A stretch of DNA of 64,000 bases, taken from Bacteroidota bacterium. Lineage in GTDB: Bacteria; Bacteroidota; Ignavibacteria; UBA10030; UBA8401. The stretch is from contig SXSI01000049.1 in NCBI GenBank assembly GCA_005792285.1, forward strand, positions 19,589 to 83,588, written 5' to 3'. A model generated the notes under the pieces. It ran no database searches. It was not told where the DNA came from and was given only the letters and a program-made list of their open reading frames with translations. A program made the position numbers and the translations under genes. Below, piece after piece: positions 10,733-21,692 of the stretch (position 1 is the stretch's first letter; the number at the start of each line of letters is the position of its first letter).

Positions 10733-11809
10733 TTATTTATTAACTCGTTTAATATTAATTAATCCGCCGATAAAAAAAATAATATTTGGTAACCAAGCTG
10801 TAAAAAATGGATTGATATCACCATTGTAACCAATTACTTGGATTACTTTCGTACAACCCAAATAAAAAAATGTAATTGAAATTGCAAGTCCAAATTGCAA
10901 AGCCATTCCACCTTGTCTTTTAGTAAATGAAAATGGAACTCCGAAAAGAACTACAATGAAACTTGCAAATGGAAAAGAAACTTTGCTATAAAAATCGACC
11001 ATCCATCTTGAAATTGGATTTCCACTTAATTTTTGTCGATTAACATACTCCTTAAGTTCTTCATAAACCATTTCATCCGGACGATCTACTTTAATAATAA
11101 TATCTTTTGGTGCATAAGAAAGAGATCCTAAATTATAATTACTAAATTTAATATGTTCCTCTTTTTCAACATTTCTATAAATTACATCGTACATAATCCA
11201 ATTAGAAATTAAAGTATCGAACAAAACATAATTTGCATCGAATCTTTCAATTATAGAAAGTCGAGTTGAATCTTTAAATTTTATAAATGAAGGGAAGTTT
11301 CCTCTTTTTAAAGCATCGTCGTAAGTTAACATTGATAAAATTGCTTTTGAACCTTCTTGCAAATAAATATCACTTCGCGCATTTTCTAAAGTTACTGAAT
11401 CAATTCTTCTTTCGATTGCATATTTTTCCCGATTTGCAACAGGAACAATCCACCCATTAAAATAGACCGAGAATAAACTTACAATCAATGAAACAAAAAT
11501 TATCGGAAGCATAAATCTATATAAACTCAAACCGCATACTTTCATTGCTGTAATTTCATTTGAATTTGACATTTTCCCTGTAGTGAAAAGTGATGATAGC
11601 AACATTGAAATTGGAGTCATCAATTTAATTATTTCTGGAATGAACATTACGTAATACCGAATTATTGTTTCGTTTGATGAATTACTATCAATAAAATTAT
11701 CAAGTTTCTCCATCATATCGATTGAAACAAAAATTATTACAAATACAATTAATGAAAATATTGCAGTTGAGATAAATTGTTTTATTATATATCTATCGAA
11801 ATAGGTCAA
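10733..11809 (-). CDS. lptG: LPS export permease LptG (LptF/LptG family)
   Basis: FDRYII, SNSNEITAMKVCGLSLYR, PFASFIVVLFGVP, AWLPNIIF; tandem with its paralogue. Confidence 0.85.
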   Translation of the reverse strand: MTYFDRYIIKQFISTAIFSLIVFVIIFVSIDMMEKLDNFIDSNSSNETIIRYYVMFIPEIIKLMTPISMLLSSLFTTGKMSNSNEITAMKVCGLSLYRFMLPIIFVSLIVSLFSVYFNGWIVPVANREKYAIERRIDSVTLENARSDIYLQEGSKAILSMLTYDDALKRGNFPSFIKFKDSTRLSIIERFDANYVLFDTLISNWIMYDVIYRNVEKEEHIKFSNYNLGSLSYAPKDIIIKVDRPDEMVYEELKEYVNRQKLSGNPISRWMVDFYSKVSFPFASFIVVLFGVPFSFTKRQGGMALQFGLAISITFFYLGCTKVIQVIGYNGDINPFFTAWLPNIIFFIGGLINIKRVNK

Positions 11810-13164
11810 GTTATATTTTTAATTAATATTTCTTTACGTTTTGATTTTAATCTAAAATTTATTGGGCTCTTTGCAACAATAAAGGTGAGCGCTACTCCAA
11901 GTAACCCCAATACGATATTAGCCATCCACATTCCAAGCCAAGGATCAATTATTTGTCGATCAGCAAGTTTTTCACCACTAATTAAACCGGCCCAATACAA
12001 AATAAAAAATCCGATACTAATCGAACCGGCAACTCCCATTCCACTTCTTCGAGTAATTACACCAAGTGGTGCGCCAACTAATACAAATATTAAACATGCA
12101 AATGGAATTGAATATTTTTTATGCACTTCAACCATATATTCGCGAATGGATTGAGTTAAAGAATTTTTATTCATAAACTCAACATCAAGTAAATTTGAAT
12201 ACATCATAACTTGACTTCTTGCATCTGAAAATGGTTTTATATTTTGCCAAACAGAATCTTCCGGAGTTGATTGTTTAACGGAACCATTTATTTGAATATT
12301 TCTCAACGCGCTATTTAAAGTATTAATCCGATAATCAAAACCATCAATTTTTTTTTGTAAACTATCGACAATGTAAAGCATCGCGCCAGCACTTAATTCA
12401 CGATCACCTCTTGTGAAAGCATTATCGGAAGATCTGATAAATTCAAATCCTTCGGCAGGTGTTGTAATTCGTTGATGTTTAAATTTTACAATTCGATACA
12501 TTCTCGGATCTTTTTGTGAAGTCTCATGAACTTCACCATTAAATAAATCAACAATTATTTTTTGGTAATCATTCGAAAATGAAATTCCACCAGTCTTTGC
12601 AGAAATAATAATATTTTTAGAATAATCACGATGGTCATAAATTATTGCTTCTTCAAAATTATTTGAATTCTCAAAAGTTTTTCTAACAACCATACTATAA
12701 CCTTGAAGCTCCTGTGAAAAAACGCCTGCTGTTAAAGCCAAAGTTGGTTTCTTTTTTCGAATATCAATCATTAAAGTTTTTAATTTATGATTGGCTTCCG
12801 GAAGAATTACATTATTGAATTCAACCATGAGAAAAGTTAACAGGATTCCAAATAAAACAATTGGTTTCATTATTGTGAATAGACTAACACCATTTGCTCG
12901 TAAAGCAGTAATTTCATTTTGAGATGCGAGTTTTCCAAATCCCATTAAAGTTGCAATTAAAATTGCCATTGGAACTGCAAGTACAATTATCCACGCAAGA
13001 TTTAAAAGTAGAAGTTCAATTATTACAAAAGTATTTATCCCTTTTCCAATTAATTGATCGAGCATCTTCATCATAGCTTGTAAAATAAAAACCCCCATCA
13101 AAGTTGCGAACGCTCCAACAAATGGCGAGATGTGCGATTTAAGAATGTATCGGAATAAAATCAT
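11806..13164 (-). CDS. lptF: LPS export permease LptF (LptF/LptG family)
   Basis: MILFRYILK start (ATG at 13164), ASQNEITALRANGVS, HKKYSIPFAC, WMANI. Confidence 0.85.
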   Translation of the reverse strand: MILFRYILKSHISPFVGAFATLMGVFILQAMMKMLDQLIGKGINTFVIIELLLLNLAWIIVLAVPMAILIATLMGFGKLASQNEITALRANGVSLFTIMKPIVLFGILLTFLMVEFNNVILPEANHKLKTLMIDIRKKKPTLALTAGVFSQELQGYSMVVRKTFENSNNFEEAIIYDHRDYSKNIIISAKTGGISFSNDYQKIIVDLFNGEVHETSQKDPRMYRIVKFKHQRITTPAEGFEFIRSSDNAFTRGDRELSAGAMLYIVDSLQKKIDGFDYRINTLNSALRNIQINGSVKQSTPEDSVWQNIKPFSDARSQVMMYSNLLDVEFMNKNSLTQSIREYMVEVHKKYSIPFACLIFVLVGAPLGVITRRSGMGVAGSISIGFFILYWAGLISGEKLADRQIIDPWLGMWMANIVLGLLGVALTFIVAKSPINFRLKSKRKEILIKNIT

Positions 13165-13171
13165 TTTGTGC

Positions 13172-13200
13172 AATATAACAATGCTTAGCAATGTATTCAA
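13172..13200 (-). promoter_or_regulatory. Sigma70-like promoter for lptFG (TTGAAT-17-TATATT with extended TG)
   Basis: Minus strand reads TTGAAT acattgctaagcattgt TATATT gcacaaa ATG. Confidence 0.6.
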
Positions 13201-13214
13201 TTTCATTGCATTTC

Positions 13215-13245
13215 TTGTAAGTTTAGATTAGAAAACGTAAATTTG
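13215..13245 (+). promoter_or_regulatory. Promoter for the sprA operon (TTGTAA-17-TAAATTTG)
   Basis: -35-like hexamer, 17-nt spacer, and a -10 that also matches the Bacteroidota TAnnTTTG element. Confidence 0.55.
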
Positions 13246-13307
13246 TACAATATTCAATAACATGGAGTCAATGCATAATTTTTGCTACTAGTTTTTATTT
13301 AATAAGC

Positions 13308-13329
13308 TGAATTGCACAATTGCAATTCA
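13308..13329. repeat. Perfect 9-bp inverted repeat TGAATTGCA-caat-TGCAATTCA in the sprA leader
   Basis: Read directly from the sequence. Confidence 0.7.
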
Positions 13330-13374
13330 TGAAATTAGTTTAACATTGATTCTATCAAAAAACACAATTTAACA

Positions 13375-16300
13375 TTGAGGCTGTTTATCTTTTTGCGAAA
13401 GTTCATATTTATTGGACTCTCCTTAATTATTATTTCACTTTTAACAATTGCATGGAATGAAGATACATTTTCTCACAGTTTGATTGATGGAAATGATTCC
13501 ACGATTGTAATTAAAAAAGATTCTTTAAGATTACCCGCCGACACTTTGTTTCGGTACAGACAATTTAAATTTAGCAGAACTTCAAATTCAACAGCTTCAC
13601 TTTCATCTGAAAAAGTGTATTCACTTTTTTTACAAACTCCTTCAGTAATTCAAAAAGTTGTAAAAATAGATTCAACTGGAAAATTTGTAATAGTAAGAGA
13701 AATGTTGGACGATGTAGATATTCGAAATCCTCTTAAAATTTCTTTTGACGAATATGTTCAATTTAGATTAAATGAAGGATATTATAATTCATTAAAAGAT
13801 TTAGTAGCTGCTCAAACTTCTACACAAAAAAAGGGAGATGGTTTATCGCAACTTCTGGGAAGTTTTACAAATATCGATATTCCAATTCCTGCAAATCCGG
13901 TTTTCAGTATTTTTGGTCCGCCAAGAATTAATTTACAAATATCAGGCGCGGTTGATATTCGTGCAGGGTTTAGAAATACAAAAACCGATCAAAGTACAAT
14001 TTCACGACTTGGCTCGGAAAGAAATGAACCAGATTTTTCACAAGATGTACAAATTAATGTTAGTGGAACAATTGGCGATAAATTAAATATTTTAGCCGAT
14101 TGGAATACTCAACGAACTTTTGAATATGAAAATCAACTTAAAATAAAATACACCGGTTATGATGATGAAATTATACAAAGTATTGAAGCAGGTAACGTAT
14201 CACTTTCAACAAATTCCTCTTTTATTTCAAGTAGTTCCGCTTTGTTCGGAATTAAAGCTGCAATGCAAATTGGACCACTTAAATTAACAACTGTTGCTTC
14301 GCAAAAAAAAGGACAAATTCAGGAAAAATCAATTTCAGGTGGTTCGCAAGAAGTTCCATTCGAAAAGAAAACTTGGGAATATTCTCGCGACCATTATTTT
14401 GTTGATACAAGTTATATCAAATATTTCAATCCATTTTATACTTCTTTACAGGGAAACGCGGCTGTTCAAATTGTTGATGCAGAAGTTTGGATAACTCATC
14501 TTGGTCCAAACGACCCGAATGAACGAAAAGCAAATGCGTTTCTAAATTTGGATTCATTTGATCAAACTTTAAAAAATTATGATACACTAAGAAATATAAA
14601 TAAATCTATTCCCGGAGAAATTGAAATTGGAAGTTGGGATAAATTAGATCAAAAGGACTACGTAATTCACGAATACACTGGTTATGTAACTTTCAATAAA
14701 TCAATTCAAGATGGACAAGCAATTGCAATTGCATATCGTGTTGCAAATGGAATTGGACCGAGTGACGATTTATTTTATGGTGATTTTACAAATACTTTGC
14801 AAAAGGGAGATTCAATTTTGGTTTTAAAATTAATTAAACCAAAAAATTTAATTCCACAATTTACAGCACCATGGAGAATGTTATTAAAAAATATTTATTC
14901 ATTAGGTGGAAGAAATATTTCGAAACAGGGATTTGAATTGCAATTATTTTATCAACTTCCTGCAAAAGAACCAATTACAGAAATTGCCGGTGTAAAATTA
15001 TTAAGTTTATTTAATTTTGATAATATCAATGATGTTGGTGCAAAAACTCCAGATAATGTGTTTGACTATAATCCTCCATTTACAATTGATGAAGCTCGAG
15101 GTGAAATTATTTTCCCGCATATTCGTCCGTTTGATGATGGCATTAAAGAATATTTTTTAAAAAACGGAATTTCAGTTCCAGCTGATTCATTTACATTTAA
15201 AAAATTATACGACACAACACAACTTGCTGCACAATACGAAACTTCTAAAGATCGATTCGTGATAAAAGGTAAAACGAAAGCGGGAAGTTCGAATACAATT
15301 AATTTGGGATTTAATGTTGTTGAAGGAAGTGTTCAAGTTTTATTAAATGGACAAGCTCTCGCAATGAATATTGATTATACCGTGGATTATATTGTTGGAC
15401 AAATAGTTATAAAAAATCAGGCAGCATTAGTTCCGGGAGCAAATCTTCAAGTTAAGTTCGAACAAAATGATTTATTGCAATTGGCTTCTAAAACTTTAAT
15501 TGGAACTCGTGGCGAAATGAATTTAAATGAAAAAACAAATTTTGGTTTTACAGTTATGACTTTAGAAGAGCAAACTTTGAGTGATAAAGTTAGATTAAAT
15601 GAAGAACCAATCCGTAACACAATTATGGGATTTGATTTTACTACTGGCGGAAATTTAAATTTATTAACTGATGCATTAAATTTTCTTCCCGGAATTTCAA
15701 CAAACGCACAATCGAATTTTACTCTGCGTGGAGAAGCAGCGTATATGTCGCCAGATCCAAATACCAAAAAAAGTACAATCGAAATTGACAATGCAAAAGG
15801 AATTGCTTTCATCGATGACTTTGAAGGAAGCAAGCGAACGATTCCATTGGGAGTTGGTTATGGAATTTGGAAGGATGTGAGTCCACCAATTTTAAATTTA
15901 GCTGATACAGTTTTGATGAAATCGAAAGCAAAAATGTATTGGTATAATATTCTTCCAAGTGATGTAACTGTAAATCAAATTTGGGGAGATAAAAAATTTG
16001 TTGCTCGTGGACAGGAACAAGTTACTGCACTCACTTTAAGATTTGATCCTCGCAAAAGAGGAAGTTATAATTACTCAATGGATCTTCAATCTACAATTCT
16101 TTCAGATCCAACTAAAAACTGGGGAGGAATTCAGCGGATGGTTTCTTCAAGTGTAATTGACCTTGTTCGCGAGAATGTAAACTTTATTGAAGTTTGGGTA
16201 AAAGTTATTGAAGGTTACGAAAAGGCGAATACAAAAGTTTATATCGATCTTGGAATTATAAACGAAGATATAATTCCAAATAAACTTTACAATACAGAAG

Positions 16301-19300
16301 ATAAAGGATTATTTAGAAATGGAATTTTAAATGATGGTGAAGATACTGGAGTTGATGGATTAACAAACGATGAAGAAAAAACTTATTACTCTTCATTTAT
16401 AGAAAAAAATAAAACAATCTTTCCGGAAGTTTTAGAAGATCCTGCAGGTGATAATTGGTCGTACACTTCATCATCTGATTTTACTTTAATCAACGGAACA
16501 GAAAATAATGGAAGTAGTGAAATTGGAAGATTTCCAGATACAGAAGATTTTAATAAAAATAATATTTTGGATCAAACCGATAGTTATTTTACTTACGAAT
16601 TAAATCTTGATACAAGTGCAAATAATTTACAAAGAGTTGGTGTCGGAAATTATGGATGGTATCAATACAGAATTCCGCTAAATGAATTTTCTTCAAAAGT
16701 TGGCAAACCAGATTTTTCAATTATAGAAAGTATTCGATTGTGGGTAACTGGAAATAACAAACCACTTGAAATGCGAATTGTTGATTTTAATTTAGTTGGT
16801 AATCAATGGGAAGAAATTGTTAAAAACGATTCAACTTTTAAAGTTAGTACAGTTAATATCGAAGATAATCCAGAATACACAAGTCCACCGGGAGTTGATC
16901 GTGCAAGAGATAGAACTATTCCCGATCAAGAAGTTTACGGAAATGAGCAATCGCTTTCACTAAATATTAAAAATTTAAATGACAACGAAACTAGATTTGT
17001 AATAAAAAGATTTTCATTTCGACCTTTAGATTTTTTTAATTATCGCGAATTAAGAATGTTTGTTCATGGACAGGAAATTGACAAAGGTGCATTTAAAAGA
17101 TTTAGTAGCGACCCAATTAATCCTGATGCTGAAATGGTTGTTCGATTTGGTGCTGACAGTATGAACTATTACGAATATCGCGCGCCAGTTTTGCCAGGTT
17201 GGCACGAAGCAAATAATGTGAGTATTAAATTTTCTGATTTGACTTCGCTTAAACAGGGAAGAGATTCAGCAAATCAAATTGTTAGTTATCCTGTTAAAGA
17301 TGGACCAACAGGTTCAAGATATGTTGTAAAAGGAAATCCAACTTTAACAAAAGTTTTATTTATTGCTGTCGGCGTACAAAATGTTCAGTCGAAAGGAGTA
17401 ATTCAACTAAATGGTGAAGTTTGGATTAATGAACTACGTTTAACGGATGTTGATGATACTCCCGGTTGGGCATATTCTGTAGCATCAACTATAAAAATTG
17501 CAGATCTCGGAAATATTGCTTTTAATTATTCTGAAGTCGATCCGTTTTTTCATCCACTTCAAGCACGTTTTGGAAGTCGAACTACAAATCGAACTTGGAA
17601 TGCAAGCGCCTCTTTTTCGTTAGAAAAATTTTTACCGGAAAGTTGGGCTGGAACTTCATTCCCATTTAGCTATTCCCATTCCGAAGGATTGGTTTTGCCG
17701 AAATATATTCCGAGTTCAGATATTGATATTGATAAAGCTGCAGATCAACTTCAAACGGTTGTTAAAAGTAAAACTGGTTCTGTTGATTCTGCAAATACAT
17801 CGAGAACTAATTTTATTTTAGAATCGCAAACTTTACAAATTTCAGATAGTTATGCATTGCCTAGTTTTAAAATAAATCTTCCAGGCGATTATTGGATTGT
17901 GAAGAAAGTTATTAATCAATTTAATTATGGATTTACTTACGCAACAAGTTCAATGCGATCGCCAACAATTAAAAGTAAAACAAATTGGGGATGGAATTCC
18001 CGAGTTGGTTACACTTATAGTTTGTCTTCAGATAATTATCTTGAACCATTTAAACTTGATTGGACAGATTTATTTGATTCATTCAGGGAGTATAAAATAT
18101 TCTTTCCAATTACTTCATATAATTTTTCGTTGAATGCAAGTAGATCGCAAACACAAGAAAATCTTAGAAATCAATTAAAAGAAATTGATCCAACAAGAAG
18201 TTTTTCTGCCGGAAGAAGTTTAGGTTTTAATTGGAAACTTACTGAACGTGGTTTACTAAATTTATCCGGAGATTATAATTTAGATATTGGAAGTACGCTT
18301 GTTCATTTAGAAACTGATACATCGAAAAAACAGAGAAGATTTACAGATATTCTTCGTGAACTTATTGGAAAAGAACAGTTAATAAATTTTGGTGAAGATA
18401 ATGCTTATTCTCAATCGTTTAATATTAATACACAGCCAGCAATTTTATCAATTTTAAATATTGAAAAATATGTAACACTTACTTTTCGATATGGAGTTTC
18501 ATACAGATGGACAAATAATCTTCAGCAAAGTGATTTAGGAAAAGGTACAAGTTGGGGAAATTCAATTAATTTAAATTCAGATATAAGTTTGCGTGCAATG
18601 GTTGAAAGTTGGATGCCAAAAACGAATGAAGTGAAACCAAAAGAGACTACAAAACGGAGCAGATTTGAAGAAGAGGAAGATTCTCCATTAATTGATGAGG
18701 GAGAAAAGTTAATTAGGAAAGATATAAAGGTTGATACTACAACAAGTACTTTAAATTCTCCTGTCGGCAATAAGTTTACAGCTCTCTTTAGAAATTTTAT
18801 TAAAACACCTTTTCTTGATTTTGATAGAATAAGTTTATCGCTAACTCAAACTAATGCAGCACAAAATAGTGGTGTTCCCGGTCGTCCCGGTTTTACAAAT
18901 TTATTGGGAACTTTACCATTTGGAAATTATGATCCGAAATATGGTCCATCGCGACTTTATCAATTAGGATTTGTTAGTGAACCGACTACAGATATTGTCG
19001 GCATCGAATCAAAAAGTAGTTTTCCATTTTTTAAATTTAATACTGAATCGGGATTACGTGCGAAGAATGCAAATATTACAGATGGCTTCACACAAAGTAA
19101 TAAATTTACAATCAGAACAAATCGCAATTTATGGGAAGGTGCAAGAATTGATCTTAGTATGAATGTGAACGTTGATTTTTCAAAAAATAAATCTTTGAAG
19201 ACAGATGAATTTGGAGTGCCAACAGTTGTAAGCAGTATTTCCGGCGGTGGAGTTGAGAGATCGTTTTTAACAATTCCATTTTTAAATAATATTACAAATG

Positions 19301-20076
19301 TTTCTGAAATTTATTCAAAATTAAAAGAAGATGTTACTGACAAACGAACTGACGATTTAAAAATGTCGGAGGCATTTGAAGATGGACTTGAAACTATGAG
19401 CGGACTTAGAAGATTACTTGGTCAATATACACCGCATCTCAATTATTCTTTTTCTTGGGATGGATTAGAAAAAATTTCTTTCTTCCAAAGTTTTGTAAAT
19501 CGTGTTTCGCTTGAGCATAATTATACTTCATCTTATCGCAAAGCATTAAGAGGAAATCCTTCCGGTGGAACTTTAGTTGAATCTCAAAGAATTAATTATG
19601 GATTTTCTCCTTTAATTGGAATGAGTGTTACATTCAAAGAAATGTTTAAAGGAAATATTAATTCAAATATCAGATATTCAACAAATGCTTCATATGATTT
19701 AATTCCGACATCGAAAAATATTTCAGAAAATAATGCAACTGAAATATCTTTCACAGGTGGATTTTCAAGATCAGGATTTGAAATTCCATTTTTTGGATTA
19801 GCACTTTCAAATGATGTGGATATTAGTTTATCATATTCATTCACAAAAAATTCGAGACAAACATTTTCAAGTGAGAATTTAGGAGATCAAGGAACTCCCG
19901 GAGAAGGATCATCTCGAACAACATTTGAGCCACGTTTTCGTTATGTTTTAAGTTCAAAAGTGACAGCTGCATTATTTTATAGATTTACACAAGTCCAACC
20001 AGATGCCGGTGGTTCTAGAATTCCCGGTTCTACAACAAACGAAGGAGGATTAGACATTCACATTTCAATACAATAA
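13375..20076 (+). CDS. sprA: T9SS translocon SprA/Sov
   Basis: 2233 aa; GTIGDKL..NTQRTFEYENQLKIKYTGYDDEIIQSIEAGNVSL, LFGIK, IDDFEGS, PDTEDFN, GEVWINELRL motifs of SprA. Confidence 0.92.
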   Translation: MRLFIFLRKFIFIGLSLIIISLLTIAWNEDTFSHSLIDGNDSTIVIKKDSLRLPADTLFRYRQFKFSRTSNSTASLSSEKVYSLFLQTPSVIQKVVKIDSTGKFVIVREMLDDVDIRNPLKISFDEYVQFRLNEGYYNSLKDLVAAQTSTQKKGDGLSQLLGSFTNIDIPIPANPVFSIFGPPRINLQISGAVDIRAGFRNTKTDQSTISRLGSERNEPDFSQDVQINVSGTIGDKLNILADWNTQRTFEYENQLKIKYTGYDDEIIQSIEAGNVSLSTNSSFISSSSALFGIKAAMQIGPLKLTTVASQKKGQIQEKSISGGSQEVPFEKKTWEYSRDHYFVDTSYIKYFNPFYTSLQGNAAVQIVDAEVWITHLGPNDPNERKANAFLNLDSFDQTLKNYDTLRNINKSIPGEIEIGSWDKLDQKDYVIHEYTGYVTFNKSIQDGQAIAIAYRVANGIGPSDDLFYGDFTNTLQKGDSILVLKLIKPKNLIPQFTAPWRMLLKNIYSLGGRNISKQGFELQLFYQLPAKEPITEIAGVKLLSLFNFDNINDVGAKTPDNVFDYNPPFTIDEARGEIIFPHIRPFDDGIKEYFLKNGISVPADSFTFKKLYDTTQLAAQYETSKDRFVIKGKTKAGSSNTINLGFNVVEGSVQVLLNGQALAMNIDYTVDYIVGQIVIKNQAALVPGANLQVKFEQNDLLQLASKTLIGTRGEMNLNEKTNFGFTVMTLEEQTLSDKVRLNEEPIRNTIMGFDFTTGGNLNLLTDALNFLPGISTNAQSNFTLRGEAAYMSPDPNTKKSTIEIDNAKGIAFIDDFEGSKRTIPLGVGYGIWKDVSPPILNLADTVLMKSKAKMYWYNILPSDVTVNQIWGDKKFVARGQEQVTALTLRFDPRKRGSYNYSMDLQSTILSDPTKNWGGIQRMVSSSVIDLVRENVNFIEVWVKVIEGYEKANTKVYIDLGIINEDIIPNKLYNTEDKGLFRNGILNDGEDTGVDGLTNDEEKTYYSSFIEKNKTIFPEVLEDPAGDNWSYTSSSDFTLINGTENNGSSEIGRFPDTEDFNKNNILDQTDSYFTYELNLDTSANNLQRVGVGNYGWYQYRIPLNEFSSKVGKPDFSIIESIRLWVTGNNKPLEMRIVDFNLVGNQWEEIVKNDSTFKVSTVNIEDNPEYTSPPGVDRARDRTIPDQEVYGNEQSLSLNIKNLNDNETRFVIKRFSFRPLDFFNYRELRMFVHGQEIDKGAFKRFSSDPINPDAEMVVRFGADSMNYYEYRAPVLPGWHEANNVSIKFSDLTSLKQGRDSANQIVSYPVKDGPTGSRYVVKGNPTLTKVLFIAVGVQNVQSKGVIQLNGEVWINELRLTDVDDTPGWAYSVASTIKIADLGNIAFNYSEVDPFFHPLQARFGSRTTNRTWNASASFSLEKFLPESWAGTSFPFSYSHSEGLVLPKYIPSSDIDIDKAADQLQTVVKSKTGSVDSANTSRTNFILESQTLQISDSYALPSFKINLPGDYWIVKKVINQFNYGFTYATSSMRSPTIKSKTNWGWNSRVGYTYSLSSDNYLEPFKLDWTDLFDSFREYKIFFPITSYNFSLNASRSQTQENLRNQLKEIDPTRSFSAGRSLGFNWKLTERGLLNLSGDYNLDIGSTLVHLETDTSKKQRRFTDILRELIGKEQLINFGEDNAYSQSFNINTQPAILSILNIEKYVTLTFRYGVSYRWTNNLQQSDLGKGTSWGNSINLNSDISLRAMVESWMPKTNEVKPKETTKRSRFEEEEDSPLIDEGEKLIRKDIKVDTTTSTLNSPVGNKFTALFRNFIKTPFLDFDRISLSLTQTNAAQNSGVPGRPGFTNLLGTLPFGNYDPKYGPSRLYQLGFVSEPTTDIVGIESKSSFPFFKFNTESGLRAKNANITDGFTQSNKFTIRTNRNLWEGARIDLSMNVNVDFSKNKSLKTDEFGVPTVVSSISGGGVERSFLTIPFLNNITNVSEIYSKLKEDVTDKRTDDLKMSEAFEDGLETMSGLRRLLGQYTPHLNYSFSWDGLEKISFFQSFVNRVSLEHNYTSSYRKALRGNPSGGTLVESQRINYGFSPLIGMSVTFKEMFKGNINSNIRYSTNASYDLIPTSKNISENNATEISFTGGFSRSGFEIPFFGLALSNDVDISLSYSFTKNSRQTFSSENLGDQGTPGEGSSRTTFEPRFRYVLSSKVTAALFYRFTQVQPDAGGSRIPGSTTNEGGLDIHISIQ

Positions 20077-20115
20077 TTAAATTGTATTTGGAACTGACTG
20101 TCTGTAATTTTTAAT

Positions 20116-21681
20116 ATGAATACAGAAAAAAAGATACTTTGGGTTGATGATGAAATAAATTTGCTTGTTCCTCATATTCAATATTTAAAGGATAGAGGAT
20201 ATGAAGTTGATACTTCAACAAATGGAAATGAAGCTGTTGAATTAGTTCAACAAAAAAATTATGGCTTAATTCTTTTGGATGAAATGATGCCAGGAAAAGA
20301 TGGACTCGCAACTCTTACAGAAATAAAAGCTCTTCGACCATATTTACCAGTTGTAATGGTTACAAAAAATGAAGAAGAATCTTTAATGGAAGAAGCAATT
20401 GGAAGTATGATTGCAGATTATTTAACAAAGCCGGTTAATCCAAGCCAAATACTTTTAGTTTGTAAAAAATTTTTCGATAAGAAAAAATTAGAGGAAACAC
20501 AAATTTCAAAAGAATACATTCAGGAATTTAATTACATCTCGCAACAATTAATGAGTCCAATGGAATTAAATGAATGGTTCGACCTTTATAAAAAATTAAC
20601 AATCTGGCAAATGCAATTGGATGATTATCCGCAATTGGGAATTCAGGAAATGCTGGCGGATCAATATAAAGAATGTAACTCTGCATTTTCGAAATTCATT
20701 GAACAAAATTATACAAGTTGGATTAATGAAAAGGAAAAAAATAAACGACCGACACTTTCACATGATATTGTTGAAAAATATGTTGTTCCGCATTTAGAAA
20801 AACAAAAAGCTATTTTTTTTATTGTTGTTGACTGTATGCGACTCGATCAATGGCTTGTAATGGAAAGAGAATTGCATAATTTATTTTCAATTAAAACTGA
20901 TAATTATTTATCCATTTTGCCAACTGCAACTCCATATTCACGAAATGCAATTTTCAGTTCATTACTTCCTAATGATATCGCTAAAATTTATCCTGAATAT
21001 TGGCAAGGTGATGAAGTAAATGAATCCAGTTACAATAAATATGAAAAAGAGTTACTTCTAAAATATTTTGAGAGAAAGCGAATTACAATTAATCCAGAAT
21101 TGAAGTATTTCAAAATATATGATACAGATGTTGGCTGGCAATTGCAGAAAACTATAAGTTCATATGTAACAAATAAACTTACATGTATCGTTGTAAATTT
21201 TGTTGATATGCTTGCACATCACAGATCGGACAATATGTTATTGAAAGAAATTGCGCCGGATGAAGCTGGATATCGTTCATTAACTTCATCTTGGTTTAAA
21301 CATTCTTCTTTATTTGGAATGTTGCAAACGCTTTCGCAAAATAAAAATATTACAATTGTTCTTACAACTGATCACGGAAGTATTCGCTGTATGAGGGGAA
21401 CAAAAGTAATTGGCGATCGTGATTCTTCTACAAATTTGCGTTATAAGTTTGGCAGAAATTTAAAGTGTGAATTAAAACATGCGATACTTCTTAAAAATCC
21501 ACAGTCCTATCAACTTCCTCAATCGAGTGTAACAGAAAATTTTATAACTGCAAAAGAGGATTATTATTTTGTTTATCCAACTGAATATCATAAATATTTA
21601 AATCAGTATCGTGATAGTTTTCAGCATGGTGGAATTTCCATGGAAGAAATGTTACTTCCTGTTATTACATTAAATACATAA
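20116..21681 (+). CDS. porX: Response regulator PorX (receiver + PglZ/alkaline phosphatase domain)
   Basis: ILWVDDEI, LLDEMMPG, MVTKNEEE, LPTATPYSRNAIF, TTDHG, FQHGGISMEEM; followed by tsaE as is usual for porX. Confidence 0.9.
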   Translation: MNTEKKILWVDDEINLLVPHIQYLKDRGYEVDTSTNGNEAVELVQQKNYGLILLDEMMPGKDGLATLTEIKALRPYLPVVMVTKNEEESLMEEAIGSMIADYLTKPVNPSQILLVCKKFFDKKKLEETQISKEYIQEFNYISQQLMSPMELNEWFDLYKKLTIWQMQLDDYPQLGIQEMLADQYKECNSAFSKFIEQNYTSWINEKEKNKRPTLSHDIVEKYVVPHLEKQKAIFFIVVDCMRLDQWLVMERELHNLFSIKTDNYLSILPTATPYSRNAIFSSLLPNDIAKIYPEYWQGDEVNESSYNKYEKELLLKYFERKRITINPELKYFKIYDTDVGWQLQKTISSYVTNKLTCIVVNFVDMLAHHRSDNMLLKEIAPDEAGYRSLTSSWFKHSSLFGMLQTLSQNKNITIVLTTDHGSIRCMRGTKVIGDRDSSTNLRYKFGRNLKCELKHAILLKNPQSYQLPQSSVTENFITAKEDYYFVYPTEYHKYLNQYRDSFQHGGISMEEMLLPVITLNT

Positions 21682-21692
21682 AAATATTATTT

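Noticed and set aside
20116..21681. PglZ domain suggesting a BREX system
   Set aside because: It is the receiver-fused PorX form in porX-tsaE context; no brxC/pglX/brxL genes.
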